NCBI GenBank assembly: GCA_951406725.2
Contig: OX597814.1
Coordinates: forward strand, 153,512,001 to 153,576,000
From: Octopus vulgaris
Lineage: Eukaryota
DNA length: 64,000 nucleotides
Reading direction: 5' to 3'
Made by a program: the position numbers and the translations under genes. Within the stretch, counting starts at the first letter, position 1, and each line of letters opens with the position of its first letter. This document shows, in pieces, positions 1 through 14,365 of the stretch. Under the pieces are notes generated by a model. That model saw only the letters and a list, made by a program, of their open reading frames with translations. It was not told the DNA's origin and did not search any database.

Positions 1-224
1 ATAAAATAAGAAAAACTATATATAAGTCAGTCGAAACATTAATAAAAAAGAATTATAATTTTGCAATGAAAATAAGAAATATTTAATGGGATATTCTTGT
101 AATGTATCATCTTCATCATGTCGTTAACATGATGGATAGAATTAGTTCCAGCAAATATATATACATGTGTGTGTGTGTGTAGGCATGTATGCATGTGTAT
201 ATATACATACATGTATACACACAC

Positions 225-345
225 ACACATTTATGTTTTGCAAGATTCTTGATGTGAAATTGTGTGTTGAAATAGATATCGCAATATTTGGGAATGTTCA
301 TCTTTTGCCATTAAACACACGCACTATTTATTTAATCTTCACCTT
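225..345 (-). mobile_element. Terminal fragment of a Penelope-like/HHR-type repeat related to the 44.8-45.6 kb element
   Basis: tgcaagattcttgatgtgaaattgtgtgttgaaatagatatc...tcatcttttgcca...aaacacacgcacta resembles the reverse complement of 45500-45610; abuts a CA/TA microsatellite. Confidence 0.55.
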
Positions 346-364
346 AGCTTTATTATTATTATTA

Positions 365-582
365 GTTCTGGTAGAAACGTTAGCATGCCGGGCAAAATGC
401 TTAGCAGTATTTCATCTGTCTTTACGTTTTGAGTTCAAATTCTGTTGAGGTTGACTTTGCTTTTCATCCTTTCAGGGTCAATAAATTAAGTACCAGTTGC
501 ATACTGGGTCAATCTAATCAACTGCCCCCTTCCCCTAAAATTTCGGGCCTTGTGCCTAGGAGTAGAAAAGATTATTATTATT
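365..582 (+). mobile_element. tRNA-derived SINE, family B (tail variant B2)
   Basis: ggtagaaacgttagc...gagttcaaattc (A/B-box-like), gactttgcttttcatcctttc body, tail tttcgggccttgtgccta...(att)n; many copies in window. Confidence 0.85.
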
Positions 583-842
583 AGTTGATTTGTCAGAGTC
601 TTTTTGTCACATTCTGTGACCTCTACAGCAACTTTCTGCATCTTGTGTCTCCTCTTCTCTCTAGTCTTCTCCTGTCTATTCCATTTTGTCTTTCTGTGGT
701 ATGCACCCCTATCTGCATGTGTGTTTACATTTACAACTGTTGTGTGTGTCTCTGTGTGTTTTGTATGTGTATGTGTGTCTTGTGTGCATGTATATAAGTT
801 TGTATATTACACTGTTTGTACCTGAATCTTTTTTTCTCTTAA

Positions 843-1523
843 TGCACAGGGACAATAGACACCATAGACACCACAGATACTCAGAAAACAGATTCCATCA
901 CACTCCAGGGGAAGAAACTAGAAGTAGTTGATAGTTTCCGCTACCTGGGTGACCAAGTTAGTAGTGGAGGTGGATGCTCAGAGAGTGTCACCACTAGAAT
1001 AGGAATAGCCTGGGCACAGTTTAGAAAGCTCTTACCCCTACTGGTGACAAAGGGTCTCTCACTCAGAGTGAAAGGTAGATTGTATGATGCATGTGTGCGA
1101 ACTGCCATGCTTCACAGTAGTGAAACATGGGCTGTGACTGCAGAGGACATGTGTAGACTTGAAAGAAATGAAGCTAGCATGATCCGCTGGATGTGTAATG
1201 TCAGTGTGCGCACACGACAGAGGGTAAGCACCCTGAGAGAAATGCTGGACATAAGAAGCATCAGATGTGGTGTGCAAGAGCGACGCTTGCGATGGTATGG
1301 TCATGTACTGCGGATGGATGAGGAAAGATATGTGAAGAAGTGCCGCTCCCAAACAGTTGAAGGTATCAGGGGGAGAGGTAAACCCAGGAAGACATGGGAT
1401 GAGGTAGTCAAGCATGACCTCAGAGCGTTGGGCCTCACAGAGGCAATGACAAAGGACCGAGATCTCTGGAGATATGCTGTGACTGTAAAGACCCGGGCTG
1501 CTTCCTGCACCAGTCCTGCATAG
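843..1523 (+). mobile_element. RTE-clade LINE, 5'-truncated 3' end of the RT ORF
   Basis: LEVVDSFRYLGD upstream, then KGRLYDACVRTAMLHSSETW...RRLRWYGHVLRM...RGRGKPRKTW, typical RTE C-terminus. Confidence 0.9.
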
Positions 1524-1949
1524 CCCCTGCCCATACAAAGTACCTTGGATTCCAGAACATCCCGCTGTACTTGAGGAGACCTATTGAGTCAAGTACATGA
1601 ACATCGAAATAAATATCAATGGAAATAGTAGTTGTGATACCTGTGCCGGTGGCACATAAATAGCACCATCCGAAAATGGCTGATGCCAGCACAACCTTAA
1701 CTGGCTTCCGTGCCGGTGGCATGTTAAAAGCACCAACCGATCGTGGCCGATGCCAGACTCCCCTGGCACCTGTGCCGGTGGCAAGTAAAAAGCACCCACT
1801 ACACTCGCAGAGTGGTTGGCATTAGGAAGGGCATCCAGCTGTAGAAACACTGCCAGATCATACTGGAGCCTGGTGCAGCCTCCTGGTCGAACCATCCAAC
1901 TCGTGCTAGCACAGAAAACGGATGTTAAATGATGATGATGATGATGATG

Positions 1950-1950
<1 letters not shown>
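1524..1950 (+). mobile_element. RTE 3' UTR / family A repeat ending in (GAT)n
   Basis: Directly follows the RTE stop codon; contains gtgccggtggca subrepeats and aggaagggcatccagctgtagaaac, ends gttaaatgatgatg. Confidence 0.8.
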
Positions 1951-1997
<47 letters not shown>

Positions 1998-2272
1998 TTA
2001 TTGACCCAAAAGGATGAAAGACAAAGTTGATCACAGCAGAATTTGAACTCAGAATGTAAAGAATTCTGCTAAGTGCCTTACCTGGCATGCTAATGATTCT
2101 GCTAGCATGGCGGCATTTTCTCTTTTAATATTACCCTGCAGAAAACAGAAAGGGTTTGTATACAGTAAATGCCATGAAATAAAAAAAAAAACAAACACTT
2201 AGACATTATACTGCTTGCAGATCTGTATAGTCCTATAACACAGCAAAAAATATACACAATAAGGAACTTTCT

Positions 2273-2668
2273 CTTTTACTCTTTTACTTGTTTCAGTCAT
2301 TTGACTGTGGCCATGCTGGAGCATTGCCTTTAATCAAGCAACTCGACCCCGGGACTTATTCTTTTGTAAGCCCAGTACTTATTCTATCGGTCTCTTTTGC
2401 CGAACCGTTAAGTAATGGGGACATAAACACACCAGCATCGGTTATCAAGCAATGCTAGGAGGACAAACACAGACACACAAACACACACACGCATATATAT
2501 ATACGATAGGCTTCTTTCAGTTTCCGTCTACCAAATCCACTTACAAGGCTTTGGTCGGCCTGAGGCTATAGTAGAAGACACTTGCTCAAGGTGCCACGCA
2601 GTGGGACTGAACCCGGAACCATGTGGTTGGTAAACAAGCTACTTACCACACAGCCACTCCTGCGCCTA
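2273..2668 (-). mobile_element. tRNA-derived SINE, family C, near full length
   Basis: Minus strand ggcgcaggagtggctgtgtggtaag...gggttcagtccc...ggaaactgaaagaagcc...aaacaagtaaaag. Confidence 0.85.
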
Positions 2669-5369
2669 CTGTTTGAAAATCTTTTAATTCCCAAATATGA
2701 AATGCAGAATGAAGGTTGCAACAGTCATGATAACAGTCAGTTAGGTACAACTAGTAAAATAATAAAAAGGCAACAAAGATATTTAACTTATTAATCCAGG
2801 ATTTTGATTAAACTGACCCCACTAAGATTTGAACTGAGATATAAGCTACAAGATATATCAGAATTCAATCAGTGGTTAATCAGTCTGATCTATATCCATT
2901 GTGTTGGATATAGTTACTCTTTGTAAGCATTTAATTTTATAATTCATATTGGTTTCAGATTTTGGCATAAGGTCAGCAATTTCAGGGGTGAGGAAATAAT
3001 TTTATGATTTATATTACCTCAAGAATTGAAAGCTTAGAATCTAGCCTTGGCATCATCTTTATTGGCATTCCATGCTGTACCTCACACTAGTCCATCCTTG
3101 AAGACTTCCAGTTGCATCTCAGGTATTTTTGTTAGAAGGTGGCACCGGATCTTTACTCAACTCTTTTTCATTTCTGAAGAAAGGGATGCTATGCTGTGAA
3201 ACATCCCTAATGACCCTTCACATTGTACAGCATATCAGAGTCAACAAAAATCAACTGGTACTCTATTTATCATCTCTAGAAGGATGTGAAGCAAAACTGA
3301 CTTTGATAAGATTTGAACTCAGAGTTGGAACATATAATGCATGGCATTTTATCTGATACTCTAAAGATACTGCTAATTTCCCACCTTATTCTGCTGAGCA
3401 TTAAGATTTGATAAAGAGAAAATAAATTTAGCTACTGCATTAATAAGTTGAGTGACATATATAGAAAGTCTCTAATTGTCTTTGAAGTTATGCTGCTAAC
3501 TTCAAGAAATGCTTTAGTCAGCAATTTACTGAAGATACATAATAGAAAAATAAAGAAATTTTATAGATATTTCATATAACATTTCTTCAGAAATCATTCT
3601 TTCAAAACTGTATGCGGAGATATTTTGAAAATGTACTGCTGTTTCTCATAATAGAATTTAACTTAGCTTGCGTATGCATTAATTTATTTCGTATTGTTAT
3701 TATTCAGCTCCAGATCAGTCCTGATCAAACAAACCCAAGATCAAAGACAGTCCATTCATGATCAACTCGTATTTTTATTTTCAGTCTTTAAGATGGTAGA
3801 CAGTGGTTTGAGAGAAATTTGGCTGCTATTTCTAGCGGACCAAACGACCACATAGAGGCTCCTTTGATGGCTTGATTTACTTCATAAAACTTGTTCTAAT
3901 GAACAATCTTACTCATAGATTGAAAAGGGTTTTGTGTAGTTAGAAATGTGGAAACACAGCATAGCAACATAGTCGAGGCTTGACTTAAAAATGGTGCATT
4001 AACCACACTAGTATTCTATGCTATTGATAGCTCACAATACATTTACAAAAAGGAGCCATGACAATACATTACATCACACACCATAAAATAAAGGTAGATA
4101 GCAGGATTAAAAACACATTTTACCCAAAACAATGAGATTAATCATTGAAGCTATATGAATAGCACAATGCAAGGCAAAATTCACATGCATATATTGTACA
4201 GTGATAACGAAAAAAGACCACTCGCTGATATAGGATAAAATAAGAAGGGAGAAATATCAATATTTAGCCCCAGGCCAATCAAAGCCTTGTGAGTGGATTC
4301 AGTAGATAGAAACTAAATGAAGCTTGTCACGTGTGTGTGTGTGCATGACAGTGTTTGTGTCTTGTGACTGTGTGATTATTCACCATAATACCAAGCATCA
4401 CCATAATACAAGCAGTTTTGTTTGTTTCCCATCTTCCATGGAAACATATTAAGCCATGGAGAAATACTAGCTTAATTGGAAGTAGGTGTTGGTGACAGGA
4501 AGAGCATCTGGCCTTAGAAAATCTGCCTCAGCAAATTCCATCTGACCCATTCAGGCATGAAAAATAAGCATTAAAATGAGGATGATGTTTATAATGATGA
4601 TGATGATGTTGATGACATGCACACTCATACGTAGCTAAATATGTATAGAGTGTAGTCAAACATATATATGCATGTCATCATGTTGCATGTTTGCTTATCT
4701 TTCCAGCCTTAGATCCAACTTTTCAAACATTTTTCATTTTTTGCCTTGGAAACAGTGACCATAGCATATCCCCCTCTTTAAAAAACATCTATTATATAGA
4801 GTGCATTCAAATTTGATATGTAGATACCAATGATATCAGGGCGTGTATAAGTCTTGAAAAAATTACAAAAATCGATTCCAGGTGAGAATGCGATTGAAAA
4901 AGCCATGGGAACATGCATTTGTACGTGCAAGTACATCAGCTGTTGTGATCGATACTATGCGTACGTGAGAAAAATGCATGGTGTCTCAAATTTAGGTTAA
5001 ATCAGTGTTTCTCAAAGGGGATGCCTATGGGATGGTCAGACAAGTTGTTTTGAGAAAATTTGGTTTAAATGTTTGACAACTCAGCATCGTCCATTGGACT
5101 GGGAGTGTTTTGCTCGTATAAAATATTACAGTTCCTCATTCTAACAACTGTGAGTTTCCTTTTTTTCCTGAAACACAAATGCTCCTACTTTTCAACAACA
5201 ATATCATTAACATTACAGAGGAATCCCTTATGTGGCTGTTAAACTCACTCTTATCTTATGCTACTGTCTTCAAATAAGAAAGACATGTTATAATAATGAT
5301 AGTGAAATTATTGTGTATTGTGCTTAGGTGCACTACAACTCATCAAAGGAGTGTCTATAATACAGAGAA

Positions 5370-6056
5370 TTATGTGCAAAAGTCAGGAAAATGAACAGTG
5401 TATGAATCATGATATACATGTGTGCATGCATAAGGAGGGTATATATCAGATGTAGTGTTGGCAAATTTCAGGAAGCATGGTGGTTTTAAAGGATGTAATG
5501 TCTCAGCAGCTAACAACTGATGCAGGTAATTTGCTCCATGCTTCAGCAACTCTGAGAGTGAAAAAATGTTTCCAAAAGTCATGAGAGCTGTGCTGTTTTC
5601 AGACTTTGTAGGCATGCCTATGTGTATTAGACACATAGAGTTAAAAAAAGTGCTCAAGGTGGTTGTTGGCTTGAGGGTTATTAATTTTGTCGGTGTTTAC
5701 CAAGTCAGTTGCCAGACGTTGGAGCTTCAATATATCTATGCCCAGAGATATGCCTGGTGGAGGCAATTCACTTGGCTGCATGTCTCTGAACAGTTTCCAG
5801 GAGGTCAATGTCCTGAGCAAGTTAGGGGTTCTAGACTAGAGATGCAAATTCCAAGTGTGGCTACACCATAGCCATATACAGCCTTAAATAGATAACTGGA
5901 GAGTGGCTGACAAACATCTTGCTGAGTGATGCCAAGACACCCTCAGCCTTCTTGACAATTTTAGAGATGTGCTTTGCTCAGCACAAATCGCTGTTGACAG
6001 TAATGCCCAGATCACGTTCACAAGAAGACTTCTTGATAAACAAGTATGTCATTTTT
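5370..6056 (-). mobile_element. CR1/L2/Jockey-group LINE 3' remnant
   Basis: Minus translation with stops: LYMAMV*PHLEFASLV*NP*LAQDIDLLETVQRHAAK and FFTLRVAEAWSKLP, matching LY..LVRP.LEYA..VW and FF..RV...WN.LP motifs. Confidence 0.8.
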
Positions 6057-6119
6057 CTACATAGGCTCCTTCTTCTTTGATGCACTTGCTATAGCAGTCC
6101 ACAAGCTTGCATATTTGAG

Positions 6120-6620
6120 TCTCAAAAGAAGGGTTAGCATCACCTTTCCCATGGAAGACTGAGTTTTTAATTTCTTTGTTGCTGGTAAGCCAGGATGTTT
6201 CCACTCCATACTCTGTCTTTTAGATTCTGCCTCATAATGACAGACCCATGTTTCATCTCCTGTGACTATTCTGCTCAAAACCTCTTTGCCCTCATTATTG
6301 TAGTGATTGAGTAAATGTTGGCAGAGCTCAAGACGTTTACACTTGTGCTCTGCAGTAAGCTCTCTTGGCACCTATCTTGCACAGACTTTATGGAAGCTGA
6401 GCTCATCATGTATGATTTGATAGGCAGAACCATGACTAATCAGCAGAAAATGAGCTACCTCATTGATGATAGCCAGTTCACTATTACCATCTTTTGAGCT
6501 TGCTGAATCTTCTTGTCAGTGGTGGAGGTTGACAGGAATCCTGACACACCTGACACACCTTCTGACCAGAGAAATCAGATCACTACTCTTTGTTTTTCTT
6601 TGGTGCACATTGCTAGTGGA
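6120..6620 (-). mobile_element. mariner transposase remnant
   Basis: VPRELT...IVTGDETWVCHY...KRQSMEW...GKVMLT, including the first catalytic Asp motif. Confidence 0.9.
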
Positions 6621-6894
6621 GCAGCCTTGCCTACACTGTAAATTCAGAAAGAAAAATGGCGTGATCTGGCTTAAACTTCTATAATGTAACCACAATAGTA
6701 TCAACTATAAATACACATGCACAGGGGGCAGTATGACAATAATAAAGATATGCTATGGTGAAAGTATGGATAATTTTTGACTTCCTCTCATATATATATA
6801 AATATATGTGTGTGTTAAAAACATATACATATACATGCATATATGTACATATACATGCATATATGTACATATATGAAAGTTCCTGTGTGTTGTA

Positions 6895-7081
6895 AAGTTC
6901 CTGGTTTTGAGTAAAAGAAAATACAGGAGGATCAGCCAACATATTCCCCTCTCAGAATCATGCACTTATTGCAGCAGTCCTTCAATTTTTCTAATCCCTG
7001 TATAAGAACTTGAAAGGTTGGACCTCCTCCCAAGCCTTTCATGATACCCTTAAAGTCAGGAATTTTCAGCATCCCCTCGTA
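6895..7081 (-). mobile_element. mariner-derived MITE / internally deleted copy
   Basis: Minus strand starts TACGAGGGG...; encodes GLEKLKDCCNKCMILRGEYV, like a mariner C-terminus. Confidence 0.65.
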
Positions 7082-7117
7082 CATATACACACATACATAC
7101 ATACAAACATACATACA

Positions 7118-7150
<33 letters not shown>

Positions 7151-7499
7151 GTATATATGTATATATATGTACATATATATGTATATATAATATACATATA
7201 TATATATGTTCATATATATATATGTGTATATATATATACACATATATACATACATGCATGGGTGCACACACACATGCACACACACTCACACACACAACAC
7301 ACTCACACACACACACACACACACACACACAAATGTTGTTTGCTTGACACGAACACTCACATACTGATAATCCACCAAAATTTATTGTAAAATAAGGACA
7401 TTCATTTTCATTTATAAAATAACAACGATCTAAAATTTAATTTCTACATTTTACATTGAAATTCAATAACGGTTTCAAAACCTTTCTCTGATTAAAAAT

Positions 7500-7830
7500 A
7501 TTGGTTCTGGTAGAGAGAACAGAGAGACTCCCTGATTTCGTTAGATAACTTTCCTGATTTATTAATGGTCAATGTAAAGGTAGTTATTAATGGAAATTGC
7601 CTGTGGCTCATATTGAATCCAGTCACTCTAAAATATTCCTGGAAATAAAACCATGCACCTCTTTATCACTTCCTATATTGATTCTTGCTTCAACAGAGTT
7701 TGGCTGTAGGTATTTTTACTACATTCTTATACAATTCTGAAAACCATTTTTGATGTGAGGATTTCAAGTTCCTCAGTTCCGCATAACAAAGGCACCACAT
7801 TTTACTTTATGTCAATAAATTGGTATTCCA
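7500..7830 (-). mobile_element. Helitron Pif1-type helicase remnant
   Basis: Minus strand HRQFPLITTFTLTINKSG resembles RRQFP....FAMTINKSQG; upstream LRNL and VEARI-like segments, heavily degraded. Confidence 0.6.
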
Positions 7831-8209
7831 GATAGACGTTGTTTATTCACTAATTCTATCAGAATTTCAAATAAGATTTGGGTCATCGTATCATCATATA
7901 AATGACTAAATTAACATTCCAAATTGACTTCCTACAATTAATTAATGAATTACATTATCATAGATTCAATTTCAGACATTGGATTATTTCTTCAATACAT
8001 TGGTGAAATTAATTTTTTTTTTTCCTTTTCAGTAAGAAACATCAATAATAATTCCTGGTTATCTAAATGTAAGTCATATGTATTCTTTTCTTTATTACAT
8101 TTCTTTCAAAATGATCCATGAGAGAGCCTCAACTTGACCTGTAAGAAATACCAGTGAAGTCTCCCTCAAAACCACTGTATCATCTTAACTCATTTGTTAC
8201 CATATTTCT

Positions 8210-8441
8210 TTATTGCTTTATTGCCCACAAGGGGCTAAACATAGAGAGGACAAATAAGGACAGACAAAGGGAAAAAGTCAATTACATCGACCCCAGTGCA
8301 TAACTGGTACTTAATTTATTGACCCTGAAAGGATGAAAGGCAAAGTCGACCTCGGCAGAATTTGAACTCAGAACATAACAGCAGATGAAATATTGCTGAG
8401 CATTTCGCCCGGTGTGCTAACGTTTCTGCCAGTTTGCTGCC
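8210..8441 (-). mobile_element. SINE family B with 16-bp TSD
   Basis: ttgttaccatatttct at 8194-8209 and 8442-8457 flanks the SINE; the host sequence looks like a TTAA-bounded MITE (about 8186-8635, related to 57400-57604). Confidence 0.85.
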
Positions 8442-9644
8442 TTGTTACCATATTTCTGTTAAGATGAACTGTCTTTGTTTCAATAAATTTTGAAAATTAT
8501 GAAGAACTTAATAAAATAACATTGTTATTAATAAGCTGTGTTTGGAATATAAGTTAATATAGATCACTTTATAGCAGAAAGTTTGTATCCTAAACCAAGG
8601 GTAATTTTAGGCTTGTTGATATTAAAACAGTTAAGTAAACATTTGAAAGTATAGCCCTAAATGCCTCTAAAAAGAGGAGATAGTCATGCCTGGAATGCTT
8701 TTGATCACGTGACTGCATGATCAGGATTCACCTGAGGCTGGACAAAATGACAACTGCCAATATTCATATTTTAAAATATAGACAGTAAATTATCAAAATC
8801 ATCGTCGTCGTCATCATCATCATCATCACCACCACCACCACCACCACTGCCGCCACCACCGCAGCTGCTGCCACTGCTGCTGCCGCCGCCACCACCACCA
8901 CCGCCACCACCACCATCACCACCGCCACCATCATCATTTAATGTCCATTTTCTATGCTGGCATGGGCTGGATGGTTTGACAAAAGCTGGCAAGCTTGATG
9001 ACTGTGCCAAGTGCTATTGTTTGTTTTGGCATGGTTTCTATAGCTGGATGCTCTTCTTATAGCTAATCATTGCAATATTGGATAAAGTACTTTGCAGTAG
9101 TAAATTACAGCACTTAATATTCTGAGTTCAAATTCTGCCATGGTCAACTTTATTTTTCATCTTTCTGTAGCTGATAAAATAAAGTACCAGTCAAGTACTC
9201 CAATGAATTTAATTGATTATACATTCCCTACAAAATGTGTGGCCCTCTACCAATGTTAGAAATCATGGCTATGTGATTAAGAAGTTTGCTTTCCAACCAC
9301 ATGGTTTTGGGTTCATTCTCACTGCGTGGTACCATGGGCAAGTGTCTCCTACTATAGCCTTGGATTTGACAGATGGAAACTGAAAGAAGCCCATTATATA
9401 TGTGTGTTTGTGTGTGTATGTGTCTACTTGTCTTGACGTCACATGATAGTTGTAAGCAAGTGTCACCATCATGCTTGTGGTGTCGTTTATTTCCAGGAAA
9501 ACATTTCTTGCTGAGAGGAAACATCTTACTTGGAAACAGATGAGGGCTGGCATCTGACCATTGAAAATCTACTGCAGCAAATTCAATCTGATCTATGCAA
9601 GCATGGAAAAGTGGACATTAAAACAATGATAGTGATGAAGACAG

Positions 9645-9773
9645 CATATATAGGAAAGATAACAATATTAGTTAGGACATGTAATGTAAGTGAATGATTT
9701 ATTCATGACATAAATGTATACTTCAGGTATATGGCTGACAAGAAATGAGTTGTTACTATTACTACTACTACTG

Positions 9774-9845
<72 letters not shown>

Positions 9846-11900
9846 TATGTTGATATCAAATCTTTACCCAAGGCTGCCAAAGGAAACGCATACCTTGACT
9901 AATAAAGCAAATCTCTGAGATATATTAATAATATAAGCTAATGTTTGAGAATGATCCATTTTCAAAGCAAATGTGAAATTGTCTTGCCATTAAAGGTATT
10001 AAGCAATTCTTACAATAAATAATTACATTAGCTAGGACATCCAATGTAAATGGATACTGCATTCCTGATGTAAACAGGGAAAAATTACAGTGGATTGTTG
10101 ATGAAAAGTTTTCAAGGTGGAAACAAATAAAGGAAATCCTTGGCTGAAGTAGGTAGAGTAGACTTCGGAATGTTGGGCCTTACAGAGGATGTAATTTAAG
10201 ATCAAGATGCATGGAAAGATTATATAACATAGGCTTATTCAATCTTGTATTGAAGGTGGGTTTTCTTGATACATGTGGTGAACTATTCTGGGTGTTGTTG
10301 AATCATCTGTATATTTTGTTTTGTGTGCACTGGTATGGTCATGTACTACAGATGGATGAGGAGAGATGTGTTAAGAAGTGCCACTCCTAAACAGTTGAAG
10401 GAATCCGGGGTAGAGGTAGACCAGGAAGACATGGGATGAGGTAGTCAAGCATGACCATTGAACTTTGGGCCTCACAGAGGCAATGACGAAAGACCGAGAT
10501 CTCTGGAGATATGCTGTGACTGCAAAGACCCAACAAATAACGTGAGTTCATGGCTGTTTCCTGCACTAGTTTCACATAGCAGCTCCAGCCCATCCAAAGT
10601 ACTTTGGATTGCAGAATGGCCTGCTGTGCTTACCTTGGATTGTAGGGCAACCTGCTGTGCTTGAGGAGACCTATTAAGTCAAGTACATCAACATCAAAAT
10701 AAAAATCACATGGAAATTGTAGTTGTGATACCTGTGCCAGTGGCACATAAAAATCACCATCCAAACGTGTCCGATGCCAGTGCCGCCTTGACTGGCTTCC
10801 GTGCTAGTGGCACGTAAAAAGCACCAACCGATCGTGGTCGCTGCCAGCCTCCCCTAGCACCTGTGCTGGTGGCACATAAAAGCACCCACTACACTCATGG
10901 AGTGGTTGGCGTTAGGAAGGGCATCCAGCTGTAGAAAAACTGCCAGATCAGACTGGAATCTGGTGAACTGGTTGAACTGTCCAACCCATGCTAGCATGGA
11001 AAACGGATGTTAAACGATGATGATGATGTTTAGTCAGAGTATGAAGGGCAATGCTGATGAATTTTTCAGTGGATTTTTTTCTTTCACCATCGTAATTTAA
11101 TGACTGCTTTCCATGCCGGCCATGGGTTTGATGGTTCAACAGGAGCTGGTAAGATTTAACATTGCCATCTGGTCCATGGAGCCTTTAACAGTGTCCATTA
11201 AGTTGCATGTGTTTCAATCAACACTGGTTTGAAAATAACATGCTCACCCTTTTTCCAGAACTCCTAAAAATAGTCATCAGTACTACCTTTCATCCTCTGA
11301 CTAAGCCATAAAAACAAAATATACAGATGATTCAACAACACCCAGAATAGTTCACCACATGTATCAAGAAAACCCACCTTCAATACAAGATTGAATAAGC
11401 CTATGTTATATAATCTTTCCATGCATCTTGATCTTAAATTACATCCTCTGTAAGGCCCAACATTCCGAAGTCTACTCTATCTACTTCAGCCAAGGATTTC
11501 CTTTATTTGTTTCCACCTTGAAAACTTTTCATCAACAATCCACTGTAATTTTTCCCTGTTTACATCAGGAATGCAGTATCCATTTACATTGGATGTCCTA
11601 GCTAATGTAATTATTTATTGTAAGAATTGCTTAATACCTTTAATGGCAAGACAATTTCACATTTGCTTTGAAAATGGATCATTCTCAAACATTAGCTTAT
11701 ATTATTAAGATAACTCAGAGCTTTGTCTTATTAGTCAAGGTATGGATCTATTTTGGCAAACCTGGTGAAAGATTTGATATAAACACGAATAATAACTCAT
11801 TTGCCATCAGCCACACTCCTAAATTATACATTTATATCATAAATGAATCATTAATTTACATTACATGTCCTAGCTAATATTGTTGTTTATCCTGTATACA
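9645..11900. repeat. Long inverted duplication (arms about 9645-10322 and 11311-11900)
   Basis: 9925-10322 is the reverse complement of 11311-11708 with one visible mismatch; outer parts clearly diverged. Confidence 0.95.
10328..11030 (+). mobile_element. RTE 3' end plus family A tail inside the inverted-repeat loop
   Basis: tggtatggtcatgtactacagatggatgag matches 1293-1490; ends (GAT)n. Confidence 0.85.
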
Positions 11901-12465
11901 TTGTCCAATACCATCGATGCCTTGACATTTTTGCAACTCACTTTACTTTCACTTTTCCTTTTAAATCAATATTGCATGAACCAATGAGAGGGCAGTTACT
12001 AAAACTGCTAGAAACAGCAGTTGAATCTTCCTTAAGTCACATCGTACTGTTTGAATAAAGAAAGTGGTCCTCAATATACACAAAGATGGAATGGTCATAG
12101 CTATAATGGCTTTAATCAAAGGTCTACTCAATCAAGGGTGATCTCCAATGAACAACAATAACAGCATCAACATTACTCATCTTCTGGATCATGCACAACT
12201 CATTATTCTTCAACCTCTGTAGATCCAATGAATTCAGAGGCCATTTCTCACTGCCTTATAATATTCTTCCACATGCTTCATAGATTTAGGAGATAATAGA
12301 ATATATCTCTTCCTACTAAACTATCTGAGCTGACCATAGCCTTCAGTTAGTGGCTGATCATATGATTAGCTTCTGTAGTGCACCTAGAACTTTGATGTCT
12401 TTGAAATGAATTATATTGCCTGATTGGAGTGCTTCTACCAGCACTGCTTCAGTAGCATTCTCAAG

Positions 12466-12710
<245 letters not shown>

Positions 12711-13417
12711 TAATGGAAAGAATGCCAAATTGTTGAGTCTAGAAAATATTTTTCTCAACTGATCAGTATGTCTTTCAACAACCTGATAAATCTATCTTAT
12801 TTAACAAAATTTTCTTTCATTTTCTGGTTTTAAGTTATGATTTCTACATTGAAATCTAGTCCCTGTGTAACATGGTTAAATCTCTAGTTTTAGGAAAACT
12901 ATTGAAGACAATTGTGAAAATCAATGAAATGTATTATCAACAGATAATACAGAAATTAATCAAGAATCTAATCTTGAAGGTTTTGCATAGTAGGATAGCA
13001 CTGTACATGTAAAATTTCTAAGCCTTGTTTATTCACAGAACTGGATTTTAAATTTTCTGGCGATGAAAGTAATTCTTGTCTTGAGTGCTTTGGTTTGTGG
13101 TAAATGAAAGTATGGTGCCAAATAAACTAAATTGCCATTTTACCTCCAAACACAATGATTTGTCAGGAAAGCCATTAAAATACTTCATGAAACTTTCAAA
13201 ATCCATTAAGAAGCAATCACCATTATTTACCAAGAAAATGAAAATATCAGATAAATCTCAAGTGGCAAGTTACTTGCTTGCTCAGATAATAGCCAAAAAC
13301 AAAGAGCTACGTTCATTTTCAGAAACTACCTTCATAGAATCGTGTTGTGCAATAGTTCAAATGGTGTTTGTGTCTGAATTTAAGTCCCAAATTAACAAAT
13401 AAAGATTCTACTATATT

Positions 13418-14365
13418 ATGGGAGGGTCATTATGCCAATAATAAATATGTGCACTGGTTATATTTCAATTCTTTATTTCTATTATTCAACAGGTTAATCA
13501 TTTAACCAATTAAATGATTGATTGTTTGATTTTTTTTTATCAGCTATCATCATCATCATTTAACGTCCATTTTCCATGCTAGCATGGGTTGGACGATTTG
13601 ACTGAGGACTGGTGAACCAGATGGCTGTGCCAGGCTCCAATCTGATCTGGCAGAGTTTCTACAGCTGGATGCCCTTCCTAACGCCAACCCCTGCGAGAGT
13701 GTAGTGGGTGCTTTTACGTACCAGTCTGGCAGTACTGGCAACGGCCACGCTTGAAATGGTGTATTTTTACATGCCACCTGCACAGGAGTCAGTCCAGCAG
13801 CACTGGCAATGACCTTGCTCGAATGTTTTGTTCATGTGCCACCACCACAAGTGCCAGTAAGGCGACGCTGGTAACGATCATGCTCAAATGGTGCTTTTTA
13901 CATACCACCGGCACTGAAGCCAGATAGCTGCTCTGGCAGTGATTCCGCTTGGATGGAGCTGTTAGCGCTCCACTGGCACGGGTGCCAGTCATCAAATTTG
14001 TTTCAATTTCAATTTCACTTACCCCAACAGGTCTTCACAAGCAGAGTTTAGTGTCCAATGAAGGGAGGTTGGTATGGGTGCCAGTCGTCGAATTTGGTTC
14101 GTTTTCGAATTCAAAATCCTCTTGTCACTGTTTGTGATGTCATCAATGATATGCACCCTCTACCCAAGATCTACTTTAGGAATGAATGGTGATGAAAGGA
14201 CTTTGATAAACCTAGCTGATTGATTGAGTGGTTGATTGGATGAAATGATTAATAAAAAAATTGATCAATTAACTGGTTAAATGGTTAACCAACTGATTAA
14301 TTAAAGCAAGAAGTTAAATAAAACCAGTGCATGTGTATTTATTAACATGCATAATGATCCTCCCA
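13418..14365. mobile_element. Diverged MITE with long TIRs inside the hAT fossil, itself holding a family A repeat (13548-14110, minus)
   Basis: gggagggtcattatgc...gcactggtt...ggttaatcatttaacc mirrored by ggttaaatggttaacc...aaccagtgca...gcataatgatcctccc. Confidence 0.65.

Noticed and set aside
1044-1523. 159-aa ORF as a host gene
   Set aside because: It is the C-terminus of a 5'-truncated RTE LINE
13085-13402. Domesticated ZBED/SCAND-like gene
   Set aside because: Downstream domains are broken by stops, frameshifts and nested SINEs; this is a fossil transposon
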